Shown here: positions 1-13,760 of the stretch, one piece after another | Position numbering within the stretch: position 1 is the first letter of the stretch | Layout: each line of letters opens with the position of its first letter | DNA from: Epiperipatus broadwayi | Taxonomy: Eukaryota > Animalia > Onychophora | Assembly: GCA_028023455.1 (NCBI GenBank) | Contig: JAQFVV010000010.1 | Coordinates: 2,914,001-2,978,000, forward strand | Length of the DNA stretch: 64,000 bases | Direction of reading: 5' to 3' | Notes under the pieces: model-generated | What the model was told of the DNA's origin: nothing | Seen by the model: only the letters and a program-made list of their open reading frames with translations | The model's database searches: none | Position numbers and translations under genes: made by a program

Positions 1-1689
1 TGTAATAGATTTAGAGTCTTTGAATCAGAATTGGAATGCAATTTATTTATTCATCAGCAATGTTGCCTTTCCTGATTTGTTTTCTGATTGCATTTTTGAC
101 TTCCCATCTCAGTAAAAGGTATTAAAATGTGAAATCTCATTTTTTTCCCTTGTGTGAATAAGTGTACTGTGTATTCAAATAATATTTTTGTAATTTCATC
201 ATATTTAAATTAGGATCTTTTATTTTCTTGTTAGGGGTAAAACAGCCTTAAATAGCCCACTGCAGAACAAAAATGTTTTCCTTGATTTGTTTATTCCATC
301 TAATTAAATAATTTAAGATATGTATGGTTATTAAAGAAGAGAAATCAAAAAAAAAAAAAGATGATGGAAAAACAAATTGAAAAGATAAAAGTACTAAAAA
401 GAGTGAACTAGAAATGAAAATTTATTGAAAAAGTTCTGAAAATAAAGAGGAATTGGATTAGGGTAGATTTTCAGATATAAGAAAATCAGAATATATTAAA
501 CTGTGGGGGAGAGAATAGCCCTCCTATTGTCCTCAATGCCTAACTCCACAGAGTTTGACCGACTCTTTCTGGCAGAGTTTATGTAAAAATATTTATTTCT
601 TTTTTCCATACAATATATATAGGATGTTTTTGAAATTCCAACAGCACTATATTAAGGTTGAATGCAGATTCTTTATAGACAAAGAAAAGAAAGATTGAAA
701 GAATGCAATAACAAAGAGTAGATTGTCAATGTTTTCAAATCATTTTTTTTTTTTTTTTCAAAAATAAAAAAAAAATAAAAATGCTGAAAAATTCAAATGT
801 CTTAAGTTTTTTTTCTAACTTTCAATGTCAATAATAAAAGCTGTAGAAGAATATTTAATTTAAATAAATTTTTTGAAAAAGGTGATACAAATTATATTTA
901 TATATTTTAATAAAAATTATAAAATTACTTACAAATTAAGAATTTAAAATTAACTCCAGTTCAACGCATTACCTAAAATCATTATTTCAATTACCTACTT
1001 CTATCACTTTTGAATATATATATATATTATAACAAATATGTAAAATATAAGTTATATAATGGTATTTAAAAGGAAAAAGAAATACAGTATTTAAAAGTAA
1101 AAAGGGCTTATTTAATGTAAATAATTATTTAAATAATCTTTACAATAGTAATTAGAGAGGTAAGACATTTTTGAAATAGAGAACGAAAGACCAGTTTCAA
1201 GTTTAAAAAAACTCCAGTCAAATTATTCTAGTCTACTTTAAAATAAAGAAGAAACATAGAAGAAAAAACAATTAAACTTCGAATGGAACTATAATGATAA
1301 TTTAAGTATTAATTGGAAAGAAAGTATAATAAAAGTAATTGCTGTCCAAATAAAACTAGTAACAATTGCTTATCTTTTCTTTAAAACTATGAAATGAAAA
1401 CAAAAAAAAAAAAGTGTAAAAAATGTATGTGATAAGCTAAAGTATTAATATGAAAAAGGAAATAGAATGAAATAGTTTTGGAATGTAAAATAGTTTTGTA
1501 CAATTATTATCTAATTAAATATAAAATAATTTGGTAAATTATTATCTAATCAAGAAAGAAGGGATTACATTTTACTGAAAAATAGTAAACTGATTAGATA
1601 ATGTTATAATTAAAAAATCTAATTAATTGGTTGGTCAGGAGTATAAAAGCTAATAAATTTTCATGAACTTATTCTGCTCCTGTTAGTTT

Positions 1690-1990
1690 TACTGTTGTGT
1701 TGCTGGTATTATCTGGTGAATTTCGCAATCTCTTATCATTGTGGACTACTAATTTTGTGGTTCAAGCAATATATAGGCAACTCTGTGGATGCCTTAACAC
1801 CAACATGCCCTGCTAGAATCACAAAAGGAGTGTTCATTCTGTCTCATGCCATGCAGTTCCTATAAATTACCGATAGCCTGAGATGTGACCAAAACCCTGA
1901 CCTGCCATTGTTAAGACATAAGCCCATCATACAGTTAAGAGGGTTGCTGGACAATTAAATGCAGAAGATATGTTGTCCTGGTAAGAAAAA
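1690..1990 (-). pseudogene. Possible Gypsy integrase zinc-binding (H2C2) fragment, decayed
   Basis: The minus strand reads FWSHLRLSVIYRNCMA*DRMNTPFVILAGH, resembling the FxWPxMxxxVxxYxRxCxxC region of LTR integrases. It contains stops and is short. Confidence 0.35.
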
Positions 1991-2826
1991 GCTATAAGCC
2001 ACTATGCAAGAATACTGTTCATGAGTTCACATCTTACCAATGAAGCTATTAAAGATCTTTTAGAAATTCTTTAAGTGCCATCAAATGAAAAAAAAAAAGT
2101 GATCACCTCCAGAAAACTATCCAAAATCTAGTTCAAAAGTCAGCAAAAATTAAAGTCTAGACTTAAACTGAAATATTAAGAGGTAAGATTTATATTTTCC
2201 TTACAAACTGCTAAAATTGAGAAAATATGTAATCTAATAGTTTGCTATTTAGAAATTCATTATTTTAGATTAAATAAGTTCTGTTTGAAATAACTTTGTA
2301 AATAATTTAAGTTTTATTATATTGTTGTAATTTGATAGGTTATTATATAAAAATAAATATGTTGCTTCAATTGTTAATTTGTTCTGAATATCTCACTATA
2401 TGAAATTTAGTCAAAACAAAATTTGTTAATTATATAGTCGTTTTAAATATTTAATATCTAATTTCTAATGAGGTGAGTGTCTCATGTTTAATTGAGCTAG
2501 CTGAGGAAAGAAGCATTAGAGGTGTTTTAAATCTTCTCTTGTGGATATTCCAGTTAATTCTCTGGATGGCATCCAGGAGCAAACCCAGTATAAGTTAAAA
2601 GTATTCACAGGAGAGGTATTTTGCTTTTAGTAGAAAGAGCGGATTTAATGGTCTTGAAAGATGGATGCAGTCGTGATGATCAGAAATAATGTATAGGGAT
2701 TACTTGATGGAGACAACAGAAATTTAGTCATGCAACATTTGAAAATATATTTATATATATACACACATAGATATATTATTTGATTATTAAAAATTATTTC
2801 TTAAACTTTTTTTGTCCTATAACTAG

Positions 2827-2898
2827 ATATCAAACATAATTCTGAAGATGGCAGCAACAGTGGAAGCCCTTTAATGCGAGCTGGTTGTAGGCAGGGAG
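2827..2898 (+). CDS. Internal coding exon (72 nt, phase 1-1) of the + strand host gene
   Basis: Pyrimidine tract plus ctataactAG acceptor (2825-2826) and gag|GTAATT donor (2899). Open frame IKHNSEDGSNSGSPLMRAGCRQG. The trailing G joins TT of exon 20766 to give GTT in frame. Confidence 0.6.
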
Positions 2899-3159
2899 GT
2901 AATTCTTTTTGTATTTCTAAATATATAACATAATTAAGAACTAATTTTTGTATAAGTAAATATTATAAATATTAATTACTTTTTCAAAATTTTTGTTTAA
3001 TTCAAATATATGTGTTTAGATATTGAAAAATTTTGATTAGATAAATAATAATTTAAATTTTTTAGATTTGTGTTATTTTATAGAAAGTTGTCATATACGT
3101 ATTTATTTAAGTATTTTTATAGAAGACATGTTCTCTTTCATCACCTATAATAAACATTA

Positions 3160-3480
3160 CTAACTAATAGATACCTGATGATAGCATTTAATAAATCCCT
3201 ATTCTGTGCTGTCCTATCCAATATTTCCAGATTAGTTCAAAGCTTATGGCCTTGTCAATGAGGAGCTTTGGATTTTGGAACAGTGTACTTGGTTTTTTAG
3301 AAGATAATGCATCATTTTGTAATAGTTCTCATTTACTTCTATAATATCATCAAGTTATCATATCAAATTGAAAAACATGTAAATGCTTTCATTCATAGCC
3401 ACGCGTGAAACTAGTCTGAAATTTTGAATCTGACAGGATAAGATAGGGATTTATTAAAAACTAATCTACAGTGGTGTAAT
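3160..3480. repeat. Head-to-head pair of decayed hammerhead-bearing pLTR-like repeats (subfamily 1b)
   Basis: 3160-3365 is the reverse complement of the unit at 13010-13180/13480-13680 (ctcctcattgacaaggccataagctttgaactaatctgga). 3395-3480 is a + copy starting ...gaaactagtctga. It lies just downstream of the Penelope GIY-YIG end. Confidence 0.65.
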
Positions 3481-3848
3481 TAATATTAATTGTAAAATGA
3501 AACATACATACATGTTGTATTAACTAACAAGTTTATTCACTTTGAATAATATCTATATATATAAACATAAATAATTAACGGTATAAACAATATTGTAGTT
3601 TAAATTCTTTTGAAGTGCTTTCAATTAGGTAGTAATCCTCGTCAGCTTTAACTGAATTTCAAATTTTTTAAAAATTAACGTTACATATATTTTCATAAGC
3701 TGTGTATGGCAGTATTTGCAACTTGCCTATTAATAACACCATCCTTATATTTATCGATCAAAATTGCCTCTTTAATTTTCCTCTTTTTATGATTCCTTTC
3801 TTCCATTAATATTTTTATTTCATTACTATTAAATGTAAACCTATAATT

Positions 3849-5700
3849 TCAAGTTTTTTCATGGTCAAAGAATTCTGAAGCTGTAGCAAATTGACTATTT
3901 ACATTATTTTTAATTCGATTATATAATAATTGATGCTCCTTCAATCTTTTTTCCACAGAACATCTCAATTCACCGATATATAATTTTTGACATCCACATG
4001 AAATCTGATAAATTATATTACTTCTTTGCAACTTAGGAATTATATTCTTAGAATTATTAATCAATCGATTAACATTTGGAGGAACACAAAATGAAATATT
4101 ATACTTTTTTTTAAATATATTCTTAATTAATTTAGATTGTATGTTATTTATAAACGGCATGGATATCCATTTTTTATTATCTAAGGTAACATTGCAAACC
4201 TTGTTCTTATTATTAAATGAATTTACTGTACGCAAGATTTGGTTTTTATCATAACCAACCTTTAAAAGTTCATTAGCAAAGAGTTCAGTATTTAAAATTT
4301 TATCACTTTTATATTTATATAATTTATCATTGCGATGCAAAAACGATTTCAGACTTGCCATTTTATGTATCATTGGAACACATGATTTAAAATGAATATA
4401 TCCTCTTTCTCTAATAGGTTTAATAATTTATAATTTAAATCAGTAGTATCTCTAAATATTTGTAAATCCAAAAATTTTATTTTCCATTCTATTCATTATC
4501 AATAGTCCATTTTAAATTGTTTAAATTATTCAGATTATATAAAAGAACATCATTAATGTCTTTAGGATCACAAACAAAAACATCATCAACATATCTATTA
4601 TAAATTTTAATATCTTGAAAATTATAAGAATTAAATATAATGTCTTCATATTTTGACAACGTAAAATTACAAATTTGTCTTACCATAGGTAATCCCATTG
4701 CTCACCCTTTACCATTTTATAAAACTTATCATTATATGTTGCAATAATATTATCACTTATAAATTTTAGTGATTCAATAATAAAATTTATTAAATGCTTA
4801 TTTACCGACATTAATTAGTTCAATTTCAATTAAATTTATAGATTCAAGATGATCAATTGATCCATACAATTCCGTTACATCCAATGAAGCTAACAGATCA
4901 TTATCATTTATTTTTATACTTTTAATTCTATCAACAAATTCATAAAAAGATGCAATTGTCTATCTTCCTAAACCCAACATATCTTGTAACAATTTACCAA
5001 ACTATTTAGCTGTTTTATACATAAATGATCCACCAAAATCAATCATCAATCTAAGAAGATTTCCTACTTTTTGAAGCTTAATATTAGCAAATATTATTGG
5101 GATAAAACAAGCCAGAAACTAGTCTGGGGATATTGGATGAGTAGGCATTAGATAGGGATTTTATTCACAAGCCTTCTGGCATCCATTGATTACTCTGTTT
5201 AGCACAGATGGCAATACTGTATGGAGAGTTTTGCGCAAATAGACGTAGATGGATATATATCATAGTATGTACAACTATCCATAAAATGACTTTTAACCTT
5301 CTTTAAAATATTATTTATAAATTTCACATGTTGCCCCTCCATGTTATAACTATCAATAATATCAAATTCCAATTTACTCATTTGTGTTTCAAGTTTATCA
5401 TTATATGCATCTTTTTTAATAAAACACATCTGTAAACCTTTATCTTCTTTCAAACATATATTTTGTTCAGTTCTAAGAAGATTTTTAAATTCAGAAATAT
5501 ATTTCTAAATATAAAATAAAAACTAATAGAAAGGATGTTTATTCATTCCGAAAATTGTTTCTGATTCTAGTAACATAAACAACACGTCTAGATTTTTAAA
5601 CTGCTTTTGAAGATGTGATTTCTTTTTTCCAATTTTAATAAATAAGTGATTTATTTTGCCTTCATTTATTAAAAAAACAAAACCTATTTTTATTAACCAT
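3849..5700 (-). mobile_element. Penelope-like retroelement, decayed RT + GIY-YIG endonuclease
   Basis: GIY-YIG: IIYQISCGCQKLYIGELRCSVEKRLKEH (ORF 3849-4373). RT motif YNRYVDDVF and MGLPM (4489-4698). Upstream RT sequence IFANIKLQKVGNLLRLMIDFGGSFMYKTAK. Frameshifts and stops throughout. Confidence 0.9.
5103..5233 (+). repeat. Fragment of hammerhead repeat family 1 inserted antisense into the Penelope RT
   Basis: gaaactagtctggggatattggatgagtaggcattagatagggatttt...atggagagttttgc is nearly identical to 22223-22345. It splits RT codons between YPSTSICAK and IFANIK. Confidence 0.8.
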
Positions 5701-6331
5701 TTGACCTTGAATTGTTCTCTTTATTTAGCAGTTTATAAACTATAGAAAATGAAAATGTATGTATACCACAATATATATTAACTCTAATATTCTCATGGAT
5801 AAATGATGAATTTATGGTATTATTTGTGAAAGCTTCTTTATAATAAAAATATAATTGCTAAATGGCTAACATTTCAGTACAATAGCAAGTATATTCCTCA
5901 GAGCTTCTGCTTTCTCAAATAAGATTATATTTTTATTACAAGGAAGCTCCTGGAAATAATATTAGTAATACTAATTTAGTAATTCAATTGGCTACTGGCT
6001 AGTTGAAAAGCAATAACAGTATAATCATAAACAGTTTATATGTCTATAGAAAGACAAATAAATAAATAGATGTCTCAAACTCCACAATTTACTAAAGTCT
6101 TTATTTTAATAATTATTTGTTTTCTTTAACTTCCTAATTTCAGATGGTCATTCACACACTATTTTTAAGTAGTTGCTCTCTCTCCTCTTTGAGTCAGTTT
6201 AATTTCTACTGCTATATTTTATCTGTAACTACACTGTCATGTTTCACTCTTTTTTAATTCTTCTTTTTTTTTTTTCATTAAAAGTTTTGCAGACAATCTA
6301 TTTAATTTTTCTAATTTGCATATCGCTCGGC

Positions 6332-8810
6332 CAGGGGTGGGCAACTTTTTTCATTAGCGAGCTGAATAAAATTTTGTATCATTAACGCAGGCTGGAATAG
6401 ATTGAACAATTTTTAAAAAAAATCAGAACCTAAAAAATGTTATATTACTTGAATTACCAATGTATTTTTAAAAAAAGTAAATACAATATTTAATGACTTA
6501 AATACAATCTATTGTAGATATGTACAGATAAGAACTACAATGTGAAGGATTAAATTCGGAATGTTCCTGATTTATGATTTTATCAAAATTGGGATTCAAT
6601 TCACTAGTGGCTATTCATATAATTGCTCTTAAATTTTCATCCATTATTCATGATCTAATTTTGCTCTTTGCATTTTTCAATAAAGAAAATGTAGTTTCAT
6701 ATAGGTATGTCGGTCCAAAGAATGCCAAATATTTCTGGGCATTATCCAGAATTTTTTTAAACATTTCTGAATTTAACAAGGCATAAAAGTATGTTATTGT
6801 TTTTTCAGCAAATTGATTCTGTAATATTAAATTTGATTGTAAATTTATCAGTTCCAACTGGATACAAGGTGGTGCATTATTGACATTAAAATTAAATGGT
6901 AGACATACTAAAGATAGATCTTTAGAAATTTTCTGAAAATCATCAAATCTTCTTGTAAAGTCATTAAATAAGTCACTTATTACAGCCTCATATTTCTTAA
7001 AATCAGCACATTTCAAGTTTTTTCTCTTTTTTGTAAGATTGGAAAGTGAGTTAACTATTTATTTTGGAATTGTTGTGAAAATAACTCTAGTTTTTCATAA
7101 ACAATGTGACATTTGTATACATATCAAAAATAAAGAGTCCTTTCCCTTGTAATAATAAATTTAATTCATTCTCGTTCTGCCATTGTTCATCTTTTAATTC
7201 ACAAAATTCATTCAGTTTGTCCTTAGCATTTATAAAGATAACAATTTCATCTAACAAATCATGAAATTGTTTTAACACTTTTGCAAGATTAAGCCATCTT
7301 ATGTTCATACAGTAAGGAATATCAGTAAAATCACATTTAATTTCTTTCAAAAATATTATGAATTGCCGGTGGTTTAAAGCTTCCATGAATAAAATTAATT
7401 ACTTTCATTGCAACTAATATAACATGCTTCAGTTTTAGAACTTTTTTCAAAGGGTTTCTTGATAAATTATACAAGGTAAGAAAATTATTTCTTCTCCTGA
7501 AATATGCTTTATTTCATCGCTTATTCTTTTTAATAATCCAATGTTTTTTCCTGTCAAACTAGGACATCCATCAATTGTGATGTTGGCATTTTTGTCCCAC
7601 TTTATATTATATTTTTTGCAAAGTTTTTTGAAGAGTTATAAAAAAAATTTTGTAAGTCATTGTGTCTTTCATAGGGTGTGCAGAAAGTAATTCTTCTGTA
7701 ATTTCAAATCTATGATTTATACCTCGAATAAAAATTGAATGTTGGCTCTTATCTGTAATGTCACATTTCATCTAAAGCCAGTACGTGGTAAATACAATCT
7801 TCCAATTTTAATTTAATTGATCACATAAATTACTTGACATAGTATTAATTCGCCTTGCAAGAGTTCATTCATGATAGAGAAATTTTTTCAAACCTCAGTT
7901 TTTTTATCAGGTCATAATAATTCAGCAATATCTATCAAACATTCTTTCATAAATTCCAATCAGAAAATGATTTACATTGTTTTGCAACCTTATGTGCAAC
8001 AATGTAACTGTCTTTTGCTACAGGTGTATCTATATTTGACAAAATTTTCACAGTATTTTGTTGCTTATGCAAAGCACATTTTAATTTTCTGCTTCAATTT
8101 TCATTTGTTCCAGTGAAAATAGTTTATATTTAACGAAATGTTTTGTTGATAAATGCCTTTTTAGATTATATTCTTTAAAAATGGAAATAGTTTCATTACA
8201 AACCTAAACTTTATCATCTATATTTGCAAATAAATATCTGAATGGCCAATTAATCATTGAAAATGCGGCATTCAGCATCAATTTTTCTTTTTGTTAATTG
8301 GCTCATTTTATAGGTTATTAATTATATTAAATTAAAATTTGTAATAATTAGAAAAGGCATAAACTTACTTATGAAATATCATGCCCCAATATTATTTTTT
8401 CAATAAAAAGTTAAGCCCAAAGGAACTTCATTTGATGTTACAATAATAATTAGGAAATAATACTCTGATGCTGCATAGAATATATGGTATTCTTTAAAAA
8501 TAGAAATTAACATTATTTGCTATGTGATTCCTCCCATATTTTTATATTTTGTAATATAAAATTGGTATTTTAGAAGTTATGATTAAATTTATGCAAGTTA
8601 TGATAAAATGTTTATAATTAGTATTTTATATTTTTCATGGCATTAGGATAAAGTAATGTTATATGAACATGCAAGTAATAGGCCTAGAGATTGTGGTTTA
8701 CAGCGAGAATAGTCAGCTATGGATTTCCTATATTTAGGCATCAATGGGGTGGGCCGGATTCAACATCATCATGGGACAGATGTGGCTTACAGACCAGCTG
8801 TCCACCCCTG
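6332..8810 (-). mobile_element. hAT (Charlie/Buster, GTF2IRD2-like) DNA transposon with a disrupted transposase
   Basis: TIRs CAGGGGTGGGCAAC (6332) and GCTGTCCACCCCTG (8810). Peptides ALNHRQF...IRWLNLAKVLKQF and FNDFTRRFDDF...IQLELINLQSN...FGPTYLYETTFS. No 8-bp TSD survives. Confidence 0.92.
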
Positions 8811-10199
8811 TTTTACATTTTATTATAATGCAAAGTAGAATGTTATTAACTTGCAGTTAGACTAATTTTTTTTTTGCATGTAATTATTCCTAGTGTAACT
8901 CAACATTGCCTGTATTGTCCAGCTTGTACACACATACATATATGCATAACTTTATTAATAAAATACATAATTAGTAAGTACACAATAATACCTCCCCTTC
9001 ACATAAGAAATAGGTAGAGTTTTTTTATTTTACAAAAATAAACTTGCAGTCTTTGAGATTTCTAGTTGCACTTAGGTAGGCCTTGTTAGAGGTAGATATC
9101 TTTCTTCCTGATGCTCCATAGGTATCCTTTTTCTTGATGCTCCATAGTTTTCCCTTCTTCAAGCAAAGGCTGTTTTGGAGGGGATAAATCTACTTATGAA
9201 AAATTCTCTAATTCATTTAACTATATCTTCATCTTGAATTGAAGAGTTATCTGCTACTTCTATCTTTATATTTATAGAAACATTCAATTTAATAAGTATC
9301 TTTATCCATAATCAGAATAGTAGATATATCTACTAGCATTTCAATTGGATGTTCTCTTATATGATTTATATGACATCTCAAAGTTCTATCATCTTTTAAT
9401 CTTATCTCTCATATTTGTGTAGAGACTAGTTTATTTATCTCTTCTGGGTAACCATTTTTCTTCAGCATATCCTTTATCCAAATTGTCTGTTATTTTAAAT
9501 TTAATAGTTTGTCTCCTTTTTACTTTATCCAGCATTAAAATAAATAATTGTGACCTTACACAGAGCTTTATTAGTAATTCTGTCAGTGTTTTTCTTGTAA
9601 CAGAATTGGGCATGAAGTGCTAGTATTCTTTAATTGGTAGCTCACTATCTATTAGCAAGCTTTATAACCTCCTCCGGTTTTTTTAATATTACTATTCAAG
9701 TTCATCCTGTGTAGCAGTTGTAGAACCCATTTTATCCTTTTAGGTGGAAGTATTACTCTGTCTGTTATTAATATGCATTCTTGGCATGTTGAAAAAAATG
9801 TTCTATATTGCCATTGCTACATGATTTGGTTGTCTCATTGGCTATCCATTTTTATCCAGTTTATTATCAAGTTATAATCCTTATTCATTTTAATCCATTC
9901 TGCTATAATTTTCCTGTTAGCTCTTTTGGACTTTAGCTTATATTGCGTTGGAAATTTATTTTCTGAATATTGACATTCATGATATTCTTTCACTCCTTCA
10001 TTTTCTTTTTTCATTCATCGTTTTTTATTGTAGACTTTTGACAAATGACCTGTCAAACCACAGTTAAAACATCTATATATTTTAAGATTACAAATCTTTT
10101 TAATATGACCTACAAAAATAATAATTCTTGGGATTCTTTTTAAAACCAAACTTTTCTCTCATCTGTGCTTTCACTTCATTTATATATGTGCTTGGTTTG

Positions 10200-10667
10200 A
10201 CTTCATCATTCACATTTTTGAAGGCTTACATATGATCTAAGACAATTTCATGTGCTTTCCTACATTCATTTGTGATCTTATAAGTTAGCATCAATTCACT
10301 TAGGAACATCTGCCTAAGCTTCACATATTTGATGCCCATAATAACTGGTTCAATAGCATCTCATCAATATAATCTTTAAACTTGAATTCCTTCATTAATG
10401 TCTGTAGTATTAAATCATATTCATGTATACTTTCATCTTGTGGTTGCATTCTGTCTTGGAAATGAAGATGACTGCAAACTTCGATGTAATTGGCTTGAAG
10501 TAGGCATTTAATTTTATTAATAATTTCTCATATGGGATTTCCTCCAGTAGCTTTGGGTCACATAACTGATTTACTAAAAATAAGATATTCTGATCTGACA
10601 TCCATAAAAGGGAGACGGCTTTCAACTTGTCATCAGTAATTCTATTTATTAACGTATTTCTCTTCAT
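10200..10667 (-). pseudogene. Gypsy gag fragment (K02A2.6-like)
   Basis: ITDDKLKAVSLL...LCDPKLLEEIPYEKLLIKLNAYFKP, followed by frameshifted gag continuation. This is a typical Ty3/Gypsy gag N-terminal region. Confidence 0.75.
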
Positions 10668-10673
10668 ATATAT

Positions 10674-11915
10674 TGTACCGTTTATTTACATGTGGTACAA
10701 ATATATTGGCATTTGGTAAAAGCTAAAAGAAAAAGTAAATTTAACGATCTTTTAAAAAGACACATTTTAGATTTTTTTTTTAATTAGTGTAATTTTTTTT
10801 TTTTAAACGTACAATGAAAGTTAAAAATAAAATTTTAAATTGGAAAGAATAAAAGACATGCAGATTTCAATTAGTAAAATCTTTCTAACTCCGATTAAAG
10901 ATGGCGGAATTATGTTAAAAAAAAAAATTAAGAAAGAATGTACAAGATTATTATCTTGTATGCTGATAAAAAAACAAAAGAAAATAGATGCACAGAGAAG
11001 TCTAAAAATGGATCATAAATATAAAAGTCAGAAAAACTTAAAACTGGGTCTTTGTCTTTTCCTTAACTAGCAGCTTCCATGAGGTGGATCATCATGCAGA
11101 ATGGAACTGATGTGTACAGATACCTTTCATCGTATAGGTCACTCAGAAAAAACATCGAGTCTATTAGGACGGGCGAAAATATATAAAAATGTCAACAGAG
11201 TGAAACTAGTTAACTTCAATGAGCTCTTCAAAACGCGTACTACACAACTTACCAGTAAGATTATTCCTATCCCAATTGTGACTAAATTGTTTGCGAACAA
11301 TCCGTATTATAAGCTTATAATATACTACTAATAGAGACATTTGCAGAATTATCATCCAAAGAACTTCCTGGAAGAAATTTAAGAAGTGATCTTTAATTAT
11401 TAAACTGTTTTAGTTAGTTGATTTAATGTTTGGATTAGTGTAGCCTAGTCTTTCCAACTTATTAATAATTTATCTTTTAAATATTTTAATTTGTTTGAAT
11501 AAAATATTTTGCTTTTATCAACTTTTCATTGTGCATTATTATGGTTAGTTTATTTATAATCTATTGTATGTAATTTACCTTTGCCAATATTTGTTAATTA
11601 AACCCCGGGAGAAATATTCTCAAAATAAAAAAATAAAGTTACAGGAAATCATAATTCTGATCTTTAAAATTATTTTCTTGGGATGTGCGATGCAGTGGAT
11701 TTCAGTGGATTCTTGTACGAATCCTGGTGCCCTTGTTAAAACAAATAAAAAAGTTGATTCTGCCAGCAGCATAAGTCATAATAATTAGTAGGCCAGTTAA
11801 TCAGGAAATATAGCTATGTTTTTAGAAATATGAACAAAATATTTATAATTTCCGTCTTCATAGCTTGATTAACTTTCACTTCATAGTGTGTAAAAAAAGA
11901 CTACCAGAATGTACT
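10674..11915 (+). mobile_element. Solo LTR, diverged relative of the 14120-17639 LTRs
   Basis: Starts TGTACCGTTT (vs TGTAACGTTT). It shares the 5' block (tattggcatttggtaaaagctaaaa) and the 3' block (atgtaatttacctttgccaatat; caggaaatatagctatgtttttagaa). The centre is diverged and the 3' end is approximate. Confidence 0.75.
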
Positions 11916-12744
11916 AATTTGATATATAAATTTATATAATAAATGTACAATATTATATATATAACAAATAAATAAATAAATTTTAATAGTAAATTTACCA
12001 TTAAAATTTATGTTATATAATTTGATATATATATGGACCAATCTTTAAACAGGTTCTAATGACTGCTCCCATGTAATATTCACAGGTTTAAACAAAAATC
12101 ACTGTCAGCTGTGGCTCTTTAATATGTAGGGGGCTAGATTATAATCTAGCAGCTCTACAATTAATATTAGATGTAAAATTTTGTATTAAATAACTTGTTT
12201 ATTCATTCGAATAAAATATATATTAGTAATAATTATAATTTAATAGTTCAACTAATGATTGGCTTGTTAAAAAGCAATAACAACATAATCACAAACAGGT
12301 CATATATTTATAGATGGACAAGTAAATAAATAACTAATTAAAACTCTTCCCAAACTCTATAATTTATTGAAGTCTTTATTTTAATAACTATACATTTTAA
12401 ATAGTTGTTCACAATTAATTTCTAAGTAAGCACCTTGTTGCTCATTCTTTCCTTGTGTCAGTTTAATTAGATTTAATTGGAGCTCTTTCTACTGCTATAT
12501 TTTGTCTGCAACTGTACTGTCATATTTCATTCTAATTTTTTTCACACTTCATTCTTCTTCATTAAAATTTTTGTGGGCAATTTATTTAACTTTTCTAATT
12601 TGCCTATTGTTATACTATTATAAAGCAAATTAGAATGTTGTTATTTGCAGTTAGTTTAATTTTCTTTTCTGCATATAATTATTTCTAGAGTAACTCAACA
12701 TTGTCTGTATTGTCCAGCTTGTGCACACAAGTTACATTAATAAA

Positions 12745-13760
12745 ATAGATAACTAATCAAGACCCCACAAGTGATATAGAGGTGATGAAAAAAATATATA
12801 TGCTGCTAAAACAGCAATATGTAAGCTGAAGTTATATGATACTTTATTGGTTTACGTCAAATCCTGCCCACAGGATAAAGAGGCCTATAGTTATTAAAAC
12901 ATTAAAGATACCATAATATATAGATATTGAACTGGTTTCAGTTCTATATGATTGTACAAGCAAGTTGGTTTAGATTGAAAACATTTATATGTTTTTCAAT
13001 TTGGGCTGATAACTTGATATTCTAACATTGAGGTAAATGATCGTAGCTGTAAAAAGATGCATTGGATTCTAAAGATCCAGGTGCATTGTTCTAAGATCCA
13101 ATATATTACTGATGAGTCTGAAGATTGTGGATAGGACATAACAGGATAGGGATTATTAAGCACTGACATTTGGCATTTATCATTGCATATAAAAGAATAG
13201 CATTAGAATCTTATACTTGCTACATTAGCAAACTATACATTTTATGATTAAAAATTTTGTACAATCATAACATCATTAAATAAATAAATAAAAATATGTT
13301 TTCCAGAATCTTGCTTAATGTTGTCTTATACATAGCTAATCAAGACACGAGTGATATAGAAGTGATGAAAAAATATATGTGATGCTAAAACAATTGAAGT
13401 TGTATCAGATCTATTTGATTACATAAGCAATTTGTCTTAGATTTAAAACATGTTTATTTCAGTTTGGGCTAATAGCTTCATAGTCAATTAGAGAAGTAAA
13501 TAGTTGCTGCTAGATGGAAGGTGCATTAGATTTTAAAGATCTTTATGCACTACTCCAAGATTCAATGCTCATAACTGAAGAAAGCCATAAGCTTGAAACT
13601 GGTCTGATATTATTGGATTGGACAACACAAAATATGTAAGACAACACAGAATAGGGATTTATTAAGTACTATCATCTGGTATTCTATTAAGTAGGTGGCA
13701 TGGAGTCAGGGGGAAAAAGTATGCTGTTAAAACATATTATGTAAACTGGAATCATGAGAA
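12745..13760 (+). repeat. Tandem copies (~580-nt period) of hammerhead repeat subfamily 1b
   Basis: Unit start ctaatcaagac...agtgatataga.gtgatgaaaaaat at ~12753 and ~13336, with a partial third copy near 13720. The block before the ribozyme (gctgct...gtgcattagat..taaagatc) is homologous to family 1 at 22580-22620. Confidence 0.7.
13569..13610 (+). ncRNA. Minimal type I hammerhead ribozyme motif (stem I decayed)
   Basis: CUGAAGA-AAGC-CAUAA-GCUU-GAAA-CUGG-UC. The core is intact and stem II is a perfect 4-bp helix, but stem I is mismatched. Confidence 0.65.

Larger units (their letters stand above)
5790..12750 (-). mobile_element. Old Gypsy-type LTR element carrying two nested insertions
   Basis: Direct repeats at ~12170-12750 and ~5790-6331 + 8811-8990 (split by the hAT). 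Minus-strand polypurine GAAGGGGAGG at 8991-9000 abuts the downstream repeat. Gag-like remains at 10200-10667 and ~11990-12070; protease-like IEMLVD near 9340. LTR ends are not sharply defined. Confidence 0.55.
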
